The translations under genes and the position numbers were made by a program. A stretch of DNA of 64,000 bases, taken from NCBI GenBank assembly GCA_964016885.1, contig OZ024741.1, forward strand, positions 121,892,001 to 121,956,000. The letters run 5' to 3'. The notes under the pieces were generated by a model. It had not been told where the DNA came from. It searched no databases and saw only the letters and a program-made list of their open reading frames with translations. The stretch's first letter is position 1; each line of letters starts with the position of its first letter. This DNA comes from Eledone cirrhosa (taxonomy: Eukaryota). Positions 12,989-26,731 of this stretch are shown here, one piece after another.

Positions 12989-14547
12989 TCAACCAGGAAA
13001 GATCGGTGGGCTTGCAGCTCAGCACCTGGAGAAGCAAGTACAGGCCGTCCGACAGCGTCGTGGGGCGTTGGATGGACGGGCCGGTTAAATTGCTCGGGGT
13101 CTGGTTCGGACCAGACCTCCAGATGGAGAAAAACTGGAACGAGGTGACGAGCAAGGTGACCTCCCTCACCTAGAAATGGGCCGAGAGGAAGCTGTCCCTG
13201 AAAGGCCGGGCGGAGGTGGCGAATGCGTACATCGCATTCGTCATCTGCTACTGCCTCACCGCCGGCCCAACTCTCACCAAAATAGAGCGCCTCCTTTTCC
13301 GCTTTTTGTAGAAGGGACGCGCTCCCATGGTCAGACGATCCATCTCTTGGCAACACACGTTGCGTGGAGGACTGGGCATGCCATGGCTGATGATGCGCAA
13401 ACATGCGCTGAGGCTGCGACATCTCTGGTGCCTCCTTGATGGTGAACAGGTGTGGTCGCCGTTCGCCAGGCACGTTTTCCCACAGCTCGTCTCCTTGACG
13501 GAGCTGCAGTCCTGGATCAGGAAAAGACCGAGGGATAACGCTTGGAAACTGGAATGTCTCCAGGCACTCACCGCCCTATGCCACCTGGGCACCAGTATCG
13601 TTGGAACATCCACCTCGGCGTTCTATAGAGGACTAGTGGAGGGGAAGAGCGACGAAGTTCTCGGAGTGATCCTGGGCGTCGGAGAAGATCAGTTGTTTGC
13701 TCTCTTCCGGAGAACTTTCAGTCCAGGACCTATGGATAACTTCCAAAAATTCCCTGGCCTGGAAGTGCTACCGGGGAGCGTTGCCGGTTCGAGATAAGCT
13801 CTACAGGCACGGAAGTGCCGTCATCCGAGCCTGTCCGAGATGCACGCAGAGCGACGAAACCGTCGTGCACGCACTCGTTCAGTGCCCGAGCATTGCTGAC
13901 TTGTGGAGCTATGTCGAACAGTTGCTGTCGCGTGTAGGACTGATCCGGTTATCGACTGAGTCCATTGTGCAGATGGTCTCGCCGTCTTCCTTCGAGGAGG
14001 AAGGGCAGGCAGTTTTCATCTGTCTGGTAGCCATGGCGAAAGAGATTGTGTGGTGGACAAGGTTGAAAGGGTTAAAGACAGACACTTTCCTCTTCGGCGA
14101 ATCCCTAATTAACTTTTTCAAGTTTCACTTGAAGAGGAAAATCAGGCTGGAGAGGCAAGTGCTGCCTTCTAGCAAGTTTGTTGGAAGGTGGGTGAATGTA
14201 GCGAGAATGGTCCGAGTGAACGGGACCGCTCTGAATATATGCCTGTAGTTTGAGAAATGGAAAACTTGAGAGAGGGCGCTTGCCCTGGTGGTCAGGGTGG
14301 CCGTGGTATTTTGTGTGGTTTTCGCCACGAGTAACCCTTGGAAGTTTCCCCCCTATTGGGGAATTTTTTATTGTTTCAATCTTCATTTTTATTGTTTATA
14401 TATATGTTTCTACGTCTTTTTTTTTCTTTTCTTATATAAATAATAAAAATCTTTACACGCACAAAACCCACATCGTACCGTCCTGTGCCGTCTGTAATGT
14501 TTTTCTTGATGTCAGCCTTTGTTGCTAATAAAGAAATCATTATTATT
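12989..14547 (+). mobile_element. 5'-truncated Tx1-like copy 3
   Basis: Homologous to about 9867-11380 and more diverged. Ends AATAAAGAAATC-ATTATTATT. Confidence 0.85.
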
Positions 14548-14549
14548 TT

Positions 14550-15285
14550 TGTTCTTTGAGTCTCAGTCATTGATGTTATTTAACTGTTGAAATGAATATC
14601 AAGCCACTACCTGCAGCCTCAGACATTCAGGACGTATCGGAGTGTTCTTGCTGTTCCCAGCAAGCATGCCTTTTGAAGTTTTCCAAAAGGCGGGGCTGAA
14701 CTAATCTTCTTTAACCATCTTTGGAAACTCTTTGAGATAGTACCTAGTGCGCCTATGATAATCGGGACGACCTTGATTTAATGGCAGTTTCAAATCCTTT
14801 TTAACTCCCACTTTAAATCCTGGTATCGGTTAATTTTCTCCCTCTCTTTTTCTTGCACTCTCGTGTCAAAGGGGCAGGCTACATCTACAATCAGGTACGA
14901 TCTTTTTTCCTTGTCCCAAACCACCAGGTCAAGCCTATTGTGTTCTAATTTCTTGTCCGTCCATATCCTAAAATCCCATAGCACCTTCACCTGATCGTTT
15001 TCTATCACCGACTCTAGCTTATGCTTATACCACTTCTCAGACTGTAGTAAATTGTTTAGTTTGCATAAATGCCAGTCGATCACCCTGCCTATCACATCAT
15101 GTCGCCAGCCTTTATAGTGAGTCTGGGCTAGGTGTTTACACTCGGATACAATGTAAGCCACAGTCTCCTCTCTCTCTCCACAGATCCTACACAGTGAGCT
15201 AGCTTCCTCCTTGTCAATATGGTGTTACCATTCCTTCTGTAGCTTTTTTAAGGTCTCCTCTTTTTAACCAGTTCCATGTCTGTAT
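14550..15285 (-). mobile_element. 3' fragment of a second Dong/R4-like RLE element
   Basis: CRICG..ETVAYIVSEC, WRHD, KVLWDFRI, RLDLVV, VDVACP, KINRYQDL. Its 3' end abuts the ATT tail of Tx1 copy 3. Confidence 0.8.
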
Positions 15286-16047
15286 GTGATAAATACCGTA
15301 AAATAATTTGTCTGCCATTTCAACGATTCAACAAGTCCAGTGCTAACAATAATGATAAAAATAATTGTTTCTAAATTAGACACAAAGCCAGCAATCTAAG
15401 GTGTGGAGTCAATTATATCGAGCCCGGAAGGATGAAAGGCAAAGTGGACTTTAGTGGAATATTGAATTCAGAATGTCAAGAGATAGATTAAACACTGCAA
15501 AGCATTTTGTTCGTTCCGATTATTCTACAGGACTTGAAGAAACCACAGAAGGCATAATAGCAACCTAGGAACTGTTCAGGAAGACACAAACAATCAGAAG
15601 AAATATGGGGAAGGAGGATATAGTGCCATTATGTCAAGTATGTGTGACGGCGCATAGTTTAATGGTTAGAGTTCTGAGCCACCGTTCGCAAGACCATGAG
15701 AGCAAATACAACACGGGAGAGCGCAATGTGTTCTTGAGCAAGACAATTTATTTCATGTTACTTCTTCCCACTCAGATAGAAAGATGGTTCCAAGCTGTAT
15801 TGTCTTCTCCCTTTCCATTGGACAATGTCGGTGCTATGAAGAGAGGAGATTGGCATGCATGAGCGACTGCTTGTTTTCCACACACACAAACACTGGATAA
15901 TAATGTAACCGTAGATACAGAGAAAAGAAAAGGAAGGAAAAAATGACGTGATGGTCATGGCTGGAATTCGTTTTATTCCAAATCTGCTGAATCATAGCTA
16001 AACAACACCAGTAAATTTAGTAGTAGACATAGATGTCATCGTCGTCC

Positions 16048-16111
16048 TAGCAGCAGCAGCAGCAGCAGCAGCAATAGTAGCAGCAGCAGCAGCAGCAGAG
16101 CAGCAGCAGCA

Positions 16112-16147
<36 letters not shown>

Positions 16148-16340
16148 GTAGTAGTAGTAGTAATAGTAGTAGTTCTTGATTGTGTTGTATCAGAAGCAAC
16201 AGCAGTAGCAATAGTTTTGCTCCACTGCACTCCCAGCTACATGCCAGCTGTTAAAACGACAGCAACGGTAGTAGTTGTAGAAGTAGTAGTACTAGTAGTA
16301 GTAGTAGTAGCAGGAGCATCAGTAGTAGTAGTAGTAGTAT

Positions 16341-16376
<36 letters not shown>

Positions 16377-16442
16377 CAGCAACAATAGAAGTAATAGTAG
16401 TAGTAGTAGTAGTAGTAGTAGTAGCGGCAGCAGTAGTAGTAG
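16048..16442. repeat. (AGC)n/(AGT)n microsatellite
   Basis: Directly visible. Confidence 0.9.
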
Positions 16443-16597
16443 ATTGTGAGCCAATTCACTGAAATCCACTTATTGAGTCAACAACCACTTTCTCCTCCCC
16501 CTATCTTTTGTTTTAAACCAAACAATCAATCTATAACTCGAATTTACTTCGGTTTATGTATCTTGCACATTTTGTACATAAAATATCTTAAGTGCAG

Positions 16598-16679
<82 letters not shown>

Positions 16680-16680
<1 letters not shown>

Positions 16681-16873
16681 CAAAGAAGGTGTGGTAAGAT
16701 ACCAGGTAGACCATAACGCACTAGAGTACTCAATATTTAGGGTAGTAGAGTGGGTAATAGGAAAAGAGTCAGGACCCGACGGCTGACCTCCGGCAGTTTC
16801 GACAGTTAAATCCGAACTAGTTCGAATCTAGCTGTCGAAACGGCCGGAGCTCAATCATCGGGATCTTGACTCT

Positions 16874-16877
<4 letters not shown>
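16680..16877. repeat. Fold-back copy of TA-flanked family A (3' half of a hammerhead motif)
   Basis: Arms about 16761-16818 and 16819-16877 plus an 80-nt tail. Related copies at 34800-34965, 38580-38733, 38762-38900, 42171-42229 and 54085-54218. Confidence 0.75.
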
Positions 16878-16950
<73 letters not shown>

Positions 16951-16997
16951 AGAAGTGTAAGTCAACAGGTTAAAATTAACTTCGTTTATACATAGTT

Positions 16998-17056
16998 GCT
17001 GTTATATATATTTCGGTGATAACCATTTTGCAACAGCTATGAGCTCATCAGATAGC
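16998..17056 (-). ncRNA. Hammerhead ribozyme motif, (UA)n helix III type
   Basis: Minus: GCUAU-CUGAUGA-gcuc[auagcuguu gca aaaugguuau]cacc-GAAA-UAUAUA-UA^ACAGC. Confidence 0.68.
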
Positions 17057-17559
17057 TAGAATTTGAACAGAAAAGAAAACAAAAAAAAAACAACATAACT
17101 ATGAAATAAAGCTTACTTCTGTTATTTCGATTAAAATGCTCCATGCTGAAATTTCATATTTTCTGAAGGCACCGATACCGTATATATATATAGGTAATAG
17201 AATCGGGTCTATAACTTCTATGAACCAATCCTCTGTGAAACGCGCGTAACAATATAAAATTAAATACATGTAAACGAAACTTCATCGTTTTTCTTAATAT
17301 ATATAAAGTATATAAAGTGAGTAAGTAAAGATTTTTTCTTAACTTGTTTGCTTTTCCCATATTTGATGTTATTAGGCTCTGAATCTGTTAATTTTATTAA
17401 CACTTTCATAGAACCAAACTCTGTATAAGTTAGACACTCTGTATCTATGTATCTATACTTGTATCTATACTCGTGTAGAGATATATAGACTTATTCGTTT
17501 AATATATATATATATATATATAAATATATATATATAAGAGACAATAACAAAATCAGTTA

Positions 17560-18335
17560 TTGATCTATGTCCCTGCTTCCCCTAATACCAATATATATTT
17601 ATGGATGTCTCTGTGCTGGAAGAAAGTTTTCATAATAGAGAGTCCATTGCTAGAGCAGATGTCTAAGAAGGACTCTCCATTCGTATTTAGATCGGGATCG
17701 CCGTTCCTTGCAATCTCTCCTTTCCATGTCAGGTGTTTAGTGCCAACATGCGCATTGAAGTCTTTCATTAGGATATATGGCTCAGATTAACTACATCTAA
17801 CGGTGCAGTAACTTCATCAAGGAAGGATTTAATTTTCAAGGGGCAAATCCTCCCTCCTAATGGTATATAGTACATAACACATTCTGACAGCTAGGGGCCT
17901 GTGAGTATCCTCATTCTCACCTGTGCAATCATTTGTGGCATGACACCTGAATATTAGAGTTTCCATCTTTCATCCAAATCTGCAGTACTAGAGCCACGGA
18001 ACTTTGTTGAGGAAACTCCAACTATATCTAGCTAGTAGTTCCGGCCGTGGACAAGGAAGTCAAGACCAGCTATGCAGATACTACTGCATCCAGATTCAGA
18101 GAATTCCCTTAGGATGTTAAAACGAATTGGAGATTGTTCAGTTTCTACTTCAGTTGTTAAATGCTATAGGCGGAAGAGGCTTGGTGGGTCGCCAGATGGT
18201 AAGAGGGCTCTTTCGTTCAATCAAGATGTCAAAGATGCCAGGCGAGAAAAAAAGGAGGCCTACAAAGCTTGGCTTGGAAAGTCCTCCTTGCACTTACAGT
18301 ACAAGCAGGCACGAAGAAGGCGCTATCATTAAGGC
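17560..18335. mobile_element. Decayed RTE-like LINE fragments (APE domain on minus, downstream piece on plus)
   Basis: DFNAHVG...NGESFLDICSSNGLSIMKTFFQH on minus (17565-17768); NQDVKDARREKKEAYKAWL on plus. Confidence 0.65.
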
Positions 18336-19096
18336 TACCTAGGCAGCCGCTTAGAGCGCTGACCTAAGAAAAGCGCCTTACTGAATCTGAAAGGATCAGT
18401 TTTCTACAGATTTGTATAATTAGATTAAATATCTAATAATTTCCTGCGGCCAATAAATAAATAACCAAGCATTTTTCTGCATAGCAGAATTATGAAAAAC
18501 AAAACAAACCGTGGATAGAGTCACATGTGGTTATGACCTGCCATATGATTTAGCGTGGGTGAATGTGGGCGGTGTAGTGGAAATTCAGGCTGAGTAATTT
18601 CCATAGAGCAGGATGAGTGAAAACTAAGTCTTCTCAGATTGCTAGTGTGTAAATTAAACTTCTACTTTTAAAACGAATGGAATACATAACTAGAAGAACG
18701 GAATGCACATTTTAGGGCTAATCTAGGGCGCTAAATATTCAGGCACTGGCCTTTTCCAGCACTGGTTGCTCCTATAAATAAACTTTATTAACCTAAGTCA
18801 TGCAGAAAAATTAGAATGTGCAAAAACAAAACAAAAGCAAATTTGCCATTCTTTCTCTCAATACATTTCATTCGCTCAAAGGCATTTTCATTCTTTCTTT
18901 TTATATTTTTCGTTTGCTTTCACACACTTCTTTCTTGTGTTTTTAATTCCAGTATATTTACATTTTTCTTATTATTGATTCCAATGAGTGTATGATAAAA
19001 CGTATGTATGTAGTGACCATTATTTATACTCCATTTGGAGTATAAATAATGGTCATAAATAATGGCCATTAATAATGGTCATTAATCCACTAATGG

Positions 19097-19283
19097 CGGT
19101 GGATTGGCAGTATCGGTAGAGGGTCGGACGCCATGCTTTCCAGCATAATTACGTCCCTTTATGATCTGAGTTCAAATCCCGCCGAGGTTAACTTTGCCTT
19201 TCATCCTTACGGGGTCGATAAAATAAAGTACCAGTAATGCACTGGGTAATTGCTGGCCTTGTGCCTAAAGTAGAAACAATTAT
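19097..19283 (+). mobile_element. tRNA-derived SINE (main family, Meta-domain-like core)
   Basis: A-box-like TGGCAGTATCGGTAGA, B-box GAGTTCAAATCCC, core GCCTTTCATCCTTACGGGGTCGATAAA...AGTACC, ATT tail. More than 15 related copies in the window. Confidence 0.8.
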
Positions 19284-19540
19284 TTATACTCCATTTGTTC
19301 GTTTTTGTATTATTACCTCTATTTCACCACCTAATGTTAGTCAGTTCAGGAGTCAACGAAACAAAAGGCGATAGCGCCCGACTATGTTTCATTTTATCAA
19401 GAGTAGACATCTTACATTGCTATGCCTTTTTTTCATTCATATATTTCTTTATTTTCCCACTTTATACCCTATGTATACATACCGTATATAAAATACGCAT
19501 CATTAGACAACGCACACAACGTATGTATGTATCTCTTTCC

Positions 19541-19571
<31 letters not shown>

Positions 19572-19584
19572 AATGAAAGGTATA

Positions 19585-19763
<179 letters not shown>

Positions 19764-19764
19764 G

Positions 19765-19860
<96 letters not shown>

Positions 19861-20166
19861 CTACATATCTTTCTATCTTCATCTCTCCCTATATATATAT
19901 ATATCCCTCTTTCTCTATCTCCCGCTCTCATCTCTCTGCCTCTCTGTCTTTCTTTATATAAATATATATATATATAGAGAGAGAGAATTTAGTATATCTA
20001 CCAACATATGCGTACACAGATGTACACTAATGCTAGCAAATACATAAGTTATGTCATAGTACCTAGGTGGTTCAATGCAGGAGGATGCAGAACAATAATA
20101 TGAAAGACGTAAAATAAGAAAATTTAACAAAAAAAATTAAAAATTAACTTACTTACTAAAATGTTC

Positions 20167-20248
20167 ACTCCAACTAATTAGTTTCTGTAATGGGATAAAG
20201 ATAGTTACGTAATATAACCATCGAGAATTCATTACGTCATCAGGGAGT
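20167..20248 (-). ncRNA. Hammerhead ribozyme motif with long helix II
   Basis: Minus: ACUCC-CUGAUGA-c[guaaug...cauuac]a-GAAA-CUAAUUAG-UU^GGAGU. 5-bp helix I, palindromic helix III. Confidence 0.75.
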
Positions 20249-20710
20249 CTATTCTCAGCTAAGTCTCCAGGCAATGCGCGGACACTGGGGACTCATATAA
20301 AAATAATAATAATTCGGTGGATGGAACAGCTAGCGGGGACTGGATTCCATGCACTGAAAAAGTTCGCTGTCTCTGGTCAAATGGCAGATTCTAAAGAATC
20401 AATGACGTGACACTGAGGCTAGTCGGAAGGAGTGGGTTGGTAAGATGACAAAAGCCTACTACCACACCAATGAATTAGTAGTGGATTTGGCAGGTTTGCT
20501 CAACAAATAAATAATTTGGAGATAAATATAGAGAATTTAGTATATCTACCAACATATGCGTACATATGTACACTAATGCTAGCAAATACATAAGTTATGT
20601 CATAGTACCTAGGTGGTTCAATGCAGGAGGATGCAGAACAATAATATGAAAGACGTAAAATAAGAAAATTAAAAAAAAAATTAAAAATTAACTTACTTAC
20701 TAAAATTTTC

Positions 20711-20790
20711 ACTCCAACTAATTAGTTTCTGTAATGGGATAAAGATAGTTACGTAATATAACCATCGAGAATTCATTACGTCATCAGGGA
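20711..20790 (-). ncRNA. Second copy of the same hammerhead motif
   Basis: Same sequence as 20167-20248, with helix I cut to 3 bp by the inversion junction. Confidence 0.7.
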
Positions 20791-20899
20791 TTGCTAGCAT
20801 TAGTGTACATCTGTACGCATATGTTGGTACATATACTAAATTCTCTATATTTTAGTAAGTTAATTTTTAATTTTTTTTTTAATTTTCTTATTTTACGTC

Positions 20900-21034
<135 letters not shown>

Positions 21035-21041
21035 GAGAGTT

Positions 21042-21080
<39 letters not shown>

Positions 21081-21660
21081 AAGAAAAAGGGGAGAGGGGA
21101 AAGAAGTTGAGATCTTTGATCTGTAGGATATCAACTAGACAGCCAGGCATTCCAATCTCAAGTCACATTAAAAAAAAAGAATACAACACAAAAGCAAACC
21201 AACAAACAAAAATGTCATCTTTTAAAGAAGAAAGAAACATTAAAAGATAATGTACTCATAAATAGGCCAATGTCGAATGAAAGGTGAGCTAGTCACGATG
21301 GTAAGTCATGAGTAGTGAGTAACTCTCATGAGAAGGCCTCTCTCTCTCAGGCAAGTGTTTCGGGTCTTAACGTATTACATTCTAAGCTGACCGGTCCACA
21401 TCCAGTCACGACTCCAGGATGCCCTTCTGCTGACATTTAGCCACTTGGATATCGGATACTTGTGTATGTAAACCATATGGAGATTTTGTTGAGAAGATCT
21501 TCCTGAAACTTTTCTCATGAAGATAAATAAGATGAGTAGTAACAATAGTGACGAAAAGAACATTGAGTGAAGTAAGTTATTTACATGATTATACACACTT
21601 GACAGGCACCAATAGAAGGGATAGGCTGACGACCAACTCATACGTCAACTAGATACGACA

Positions 21661-24600
21661 GGCAGGTACTACCAGTAGGTACTAACAGTAGGTACTACCA
21701 GTAGGTACTACCAGGTGGTACTAACAGTAGGTACTAGCAGTAGGTACTACCAGTAGGTAATAACAGTAGGTACTACCAGTAGGTACTAACAGTAGGTACC
21801 ATCAGTAGGTACTACCAGGTGGTACTAACAGTAGGTACTAACAGTAGGTACTACCAGTAGGTACTAACAGTAGGTACTACCAGTAGGTACTACCAGGTGG
21901 TACTACCAGTAGGTACTAACAGTAGGTACTACCAGTAGGTACTACCAGGTGGTACTACCAGTAGGTACTAACAATAGGTACTACCAGTAGGTACTAACAG
22001 TAGGTACTACCAGTAGGTACTACCAGTAGGTACTAACAGTAGGTACTAACAGTAGGTACTAACAGTAGGTACTACCAGTAAGTACTACCAGTAGGTACTA
22101 CCAGTAGGTACTACCAGTAGGTACTAACAGTAGGTACTACCAGTAGGTACTAACAGTAGGTACTAACAGTAGGTACTACCAGTAGGTACTAACAGTAGGT
22201 ACTAACAGTAGGTACTACCAGTAGGTACTAACAGTAGGTACTACCAGTAGGTACTACCAGTAGGTACTACCAGTAGGTACTTCGAGTAGGTACTACCAGT
22301 AGGTACTAACAGTAGGTACTACCAGTAGGTACTACCAGTAGGTACTACCAGTAGGTACTAACAGTAGGTACTAACAGTAGGTACTACCAGTAGGTACTAC
22401 CAGTAGTTATTAACAGTAGGTACTACCAGCAGGTACTACCAGTAGGTACTACCAGTAGGTACTACCAGTAGGTACTAACAGTAGGTACTACCAGCAGGTA
22501 CTACCAGTAGGTACTACCAGTAGGTACTACCAGTAGGTACTAACAGTAGGTACTACCAGTAGGTACTACCAGTAGGTACTAACAGTAGGTACTACCAGCA
22601 GGTACTACCAGTAGGTACTACCAGTAGGTACTACCAGCAGGTACTACCAGTAGGTATTAACAGTAGGCACTAACAGTAGGTACTACCAGTAGGTACTACC
22701 AGTAGGTACTACCAGTAGGTACTAACAGTAGGTACTACCAGGAGGTACTAACAGTAGGTACTACCAGTAGGTACTACCAGTAGGTACTAACAGTAGGTAC
22801 TACCAGCAGGTACAACCAGTAGGTACTACCAGTATGTACTACCAGCAGGTACTACCAGTAGGTATTAACAGTAGGCACTAACAGTAGGTACTACCAGTAG
22901 GTACTACCAGTAGGTACTACCAGTAGGTACTAACAGTAGGTACTACCAGCAGGTACTACCAGTAGGTACTACCAGTAGGTACTACCAGCAGGTACTACCA
23001 GTAGGTATTAACAGTAGGCACTAACAGTAGGTACTACCAGTAGGTACTACCAGGAGGTACTAACAGTAGGTACTACCAGTAGGTACTACCAGTAGGTACT
23101 AACAGTAGGTATTACCAGCAGGTACAACCAGTAGGTACTAACAGTAGGTACGACCAGTAGGTACTAACAGTAGGTATTAACAGTAGGTACTACCAGTAGG
23201 TACTAACAGTAGGTACTAACAGTAGGTACTACCAGGTGGTACTAACAGTAGGTACTACCAGTAGGTACTACCAGTAGGTACTACCTGTAGGTACGACCAG
23301 TAGGTACAACCAGTAGGTACTACCAGCAGGTACTACCAGTAGGTACTACCAGTAGGTACTACCAGTAGGTACTACCAGTAGGTGCTACCAGGTGGTACTA
23401 CCAGTAGGTACTACCAGTAGGTACTACCAGTAGGTACAAACAGTATGTACTACCAGTAGGTACTAACAGTAGGTACTACCAGTATGTACTACCAGTAGGT
23501 ACTAACTGTAGGTACTACCAGTAGGTACTAACAGTAGGTACTACCAGTATGTACTACCAGTAGGTACTAACTGTAGGTACTACCAGTAGGTACTACCAGC
23601 AGGTACGACCAGTAGATACGTCAGGCAGGTACTACCAGTAGGTACTACCATTAGGTACTACCAGTAGGTACTACCAGTTGGTACTACCAGTAGGTACTAC
23701 CAGTAGGTGCTACCAGTAGGTACTACCATTAGGTACTACCAGTAGGTACTACCAGTAGGTGCTACCAGTAGGTACTACCATTAGGTACTACCAGTAGGTA
23801 CTACCAGTAGGTGCTACCAGTAGGTACTACCTGTAGGTACTACCAGTAGGTACTACCATTAGGTACTACCAGTAGGTACTACCAGTAGGTGCTACCAGTA
23901 GGTACTACCTGTAGGTACTACCAGTAGGTACTACCAGTAGGAACGAGCAGCAGGTACGACCAGTAAATACTACCAGTAGGTACTACCAGTAGGTACTAAC
24001 AGTAGGTACTACCAGTAGGTACTACCAGTAGGTACTACCAGTAGGTACGACCAGTAGGTACAACCAGGTGGTACGACCAGCAGGTAGTACCAGTAGGTAC
24101 TACCAGTAGGTACTACCAGTAGGTACTACCAGCAGGTCCTACCAGTAGGAACGACCAGTAGGTACTAACAGTAGGTACTACCAGTAGGTACTACCAGTAG
24201 GTACTAAAAGTAGGTACTACCAGTAGCTACTAACAGTAGGTGCTACCAGTAGGTACTAACAGTAGGTACTACCAGGTGGTACTAACAGTAGGTACTACCA
24301 GTAGGTACTACCAGTAGCTACTAACAGTAGGTACTACCAGTAGGTACTAACAGTAGGTACTACCAGTAGGTACTACCAGTAGGTACTAACAGTAGGTACT
24401 ATCAGTAGGTACTAACAGTAGGTACTACCAGGTGGTACTAACAGTAGGTACTACCAGTAGGTACTACCAGGTGGTACTACCAGTAGGTACTAACAGTACT
24501 AACAGTAGGTACTAACAGTAGGTACTATCAGTAGGTACTAACAGTAGGTACTACCAGGTGGTACTAACAGTAGGTACTACCAGTAGGTACTACCAGGTGG

Positions 24601-26731
24601 TACTACCAGTAGGTACTAACAGTAGGTACTAACAGTAGGTACTACCAGTAGGTACTAACAGTAGGTACTAACAGTAGGTACTACCAGTAGGTACTACCAG
24701 GTGGTACTACCAGTAGGTACTAACAGTAGGTACTACCAGTAGGTACTAACAGTAGGTACTACCAGTAGGTACTAACAGTAGGTACTAACAGTAGGTACTA
24801 ACAGTAGGTACTACCAGGTGGTACTAACAGTAGGTACTACCAGTAGGTACTGCCAGTAGATACTACCAGTAGGTACTAACAGTAGGTACTACCAGTAGGT
24901 ACTACCAGCAGGTACTACCAGTAGGTACTACCAGTAGGTACTACCAGCAGGTACTACCTGTAGGTACTACCAGTAGGTACTACCGGGTGGTACTACCAGT
25001 GGGTACTACCAGTAGGTACTACCAGTAGGTACTACCAGTAGGTACGACCAGTAGGTACTACCAACAGGTACTACCAGTAGGTACTAACAGTAGGTACAAC
25101 CAGCAGGTACAAGAAGTAGGTACTACCAGTAGGTACTAACAGCAGGTACTACCAGTAGGTACTACCAGTAGGTACTAACAGCTGGTACTAACAGTAGGTA
25201 CGACCAGTATGTACTACCAGTAGGCACAACCAGTAGGTACTACCAGTAGGTACTACCAGTAGGTACTACCAGTAGGTACTAACAGCTGGTACTAACAGTA
25301 GGTACGACCAGTAGGTACTACCAGTAGGCACAACCAGTAGGTACTACCAGTAGGTACTACAAGTAGGTACTACCAGCAGGTACTACCAGTAGGTACAACC
25401 AGTAGGTACAACCAGCACGTACAACCAGTAGGTACTACCAGTAGGTACGACCAGTAGGTACTACCAGCAGGTACTACCAGCAGGTACAACCAGTAGATAC
25501 AACCAGCACGTACAACCAGTAGGTACTACCAGTAGGTACGACCAGTAGGTACTACCAGTAGGTACTAACAGTAGGTACAACCAGCACGTACAACCAGTAG
25601 ATACAACCAGCACGTACAACCAGTAGGTACTACCAGTAGGTACTACCAGCAGGTACTACCAGCAGGTACAACCAGTAGGTACAACCAGCACGTACAACCA
25701 GTAGGTACAACCAGCAGGTACAACCAGTAGGTACTACCAGTAGGTACTACCAGTAGGTACGACCATGTAGGTACGACCAGTAGGTACTACCATTAGGTAC
25801 TACCAGTAGGTACTACCAGCAGGTACAACCAGTAGGTACTACCAGCAGGTACAACCAGTAGGTACTACCAGCAGGTACTACCAGTAGGTACTACCAGTAG
25901 GTACTACCAGCAGGTACAACCAGTAGGTACTACCAGTAGGTACTACCAGTAGGTACTACCAGTAGGTACTACCAGCAGGTACAACCAGTAGGTACTACCA
26001 GTAGGTACTACCAGTAGGTTCTACCAGTAGGTACTACCAGTAGGTACTACCAGCAGGTACAACCAGCAGGTACAACCAGTAGGTACTACCAGTAGGTACT
26101 ACCAGCAGGTACTACCAGTAGGTACTACCAGTAGGTACTACCAGTAGGTACTACCAGTAGGTACTACCAGTAGGTACTACCAGTAGGTACTACCAGTATG
26201 TACTACCAGCAGGTACAACCAGTAGGTACTACCAGCAGGTACAACAAGTAGGTACTACCAGTAGGTACTACCAGTAGGTACGACCAGTAGGTACTACCAG
26301 TAGGTACAACCAGTAGGTACAACCAGCAGGTACAACCAGTAGGTACAACCAGTAGGTACTACCAGTAGGTACTACCAGTAGGTACGACCAGTAGGTACTA
26401 CCAGCAGGTACAACCAGTAGGTACTACCAGTAGGTACTACCAGTAGGTACTACCAGTAGGTACAAACAGTAGGTACTACCAGTAGGTACTAACAGTAGGT
26501 ACTACCAGCAGGTACTACCAGTAGGTACAACCAGTAGGTACTACCAGCAGGTACTACCAGTAGGTACTACCAGTAGGTACAACCAGCAGGTACAACCAGT
26601 AGGTACTACCAGTAGGTACTACCAGGTGGTACTAGCAGCAGGTACAACCAGTAGGTACTACCAGTAGGTACTACCAGTAGGTACAACCAGCAGGTACAAC
26701 CAGTAGGTACAACCAGTAGGTTCTACCAGCA
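21661..26731. repeat. 5-kb satellite/minisatellite, 13-bp unit CCAGTAGGTACTA
   Basis: About 390 units (5070/13). Variants ACTAAC, ACAACC, CAGCAG and CAGGTG. Confidence 0.97.

Noticed and set aside
21375-21641. 88-aa minus-strand ORF as a host gene
   Set aside because: No recognisable domain and no supporting exons; kept only as a weak splice-site note.
21661-26731. CRISPR-like array or repetitive coding region
   Set aside because: No unique spacers, contiguous 13-mers, frequent stop codons, no cas genes, and a eukaryotic context.
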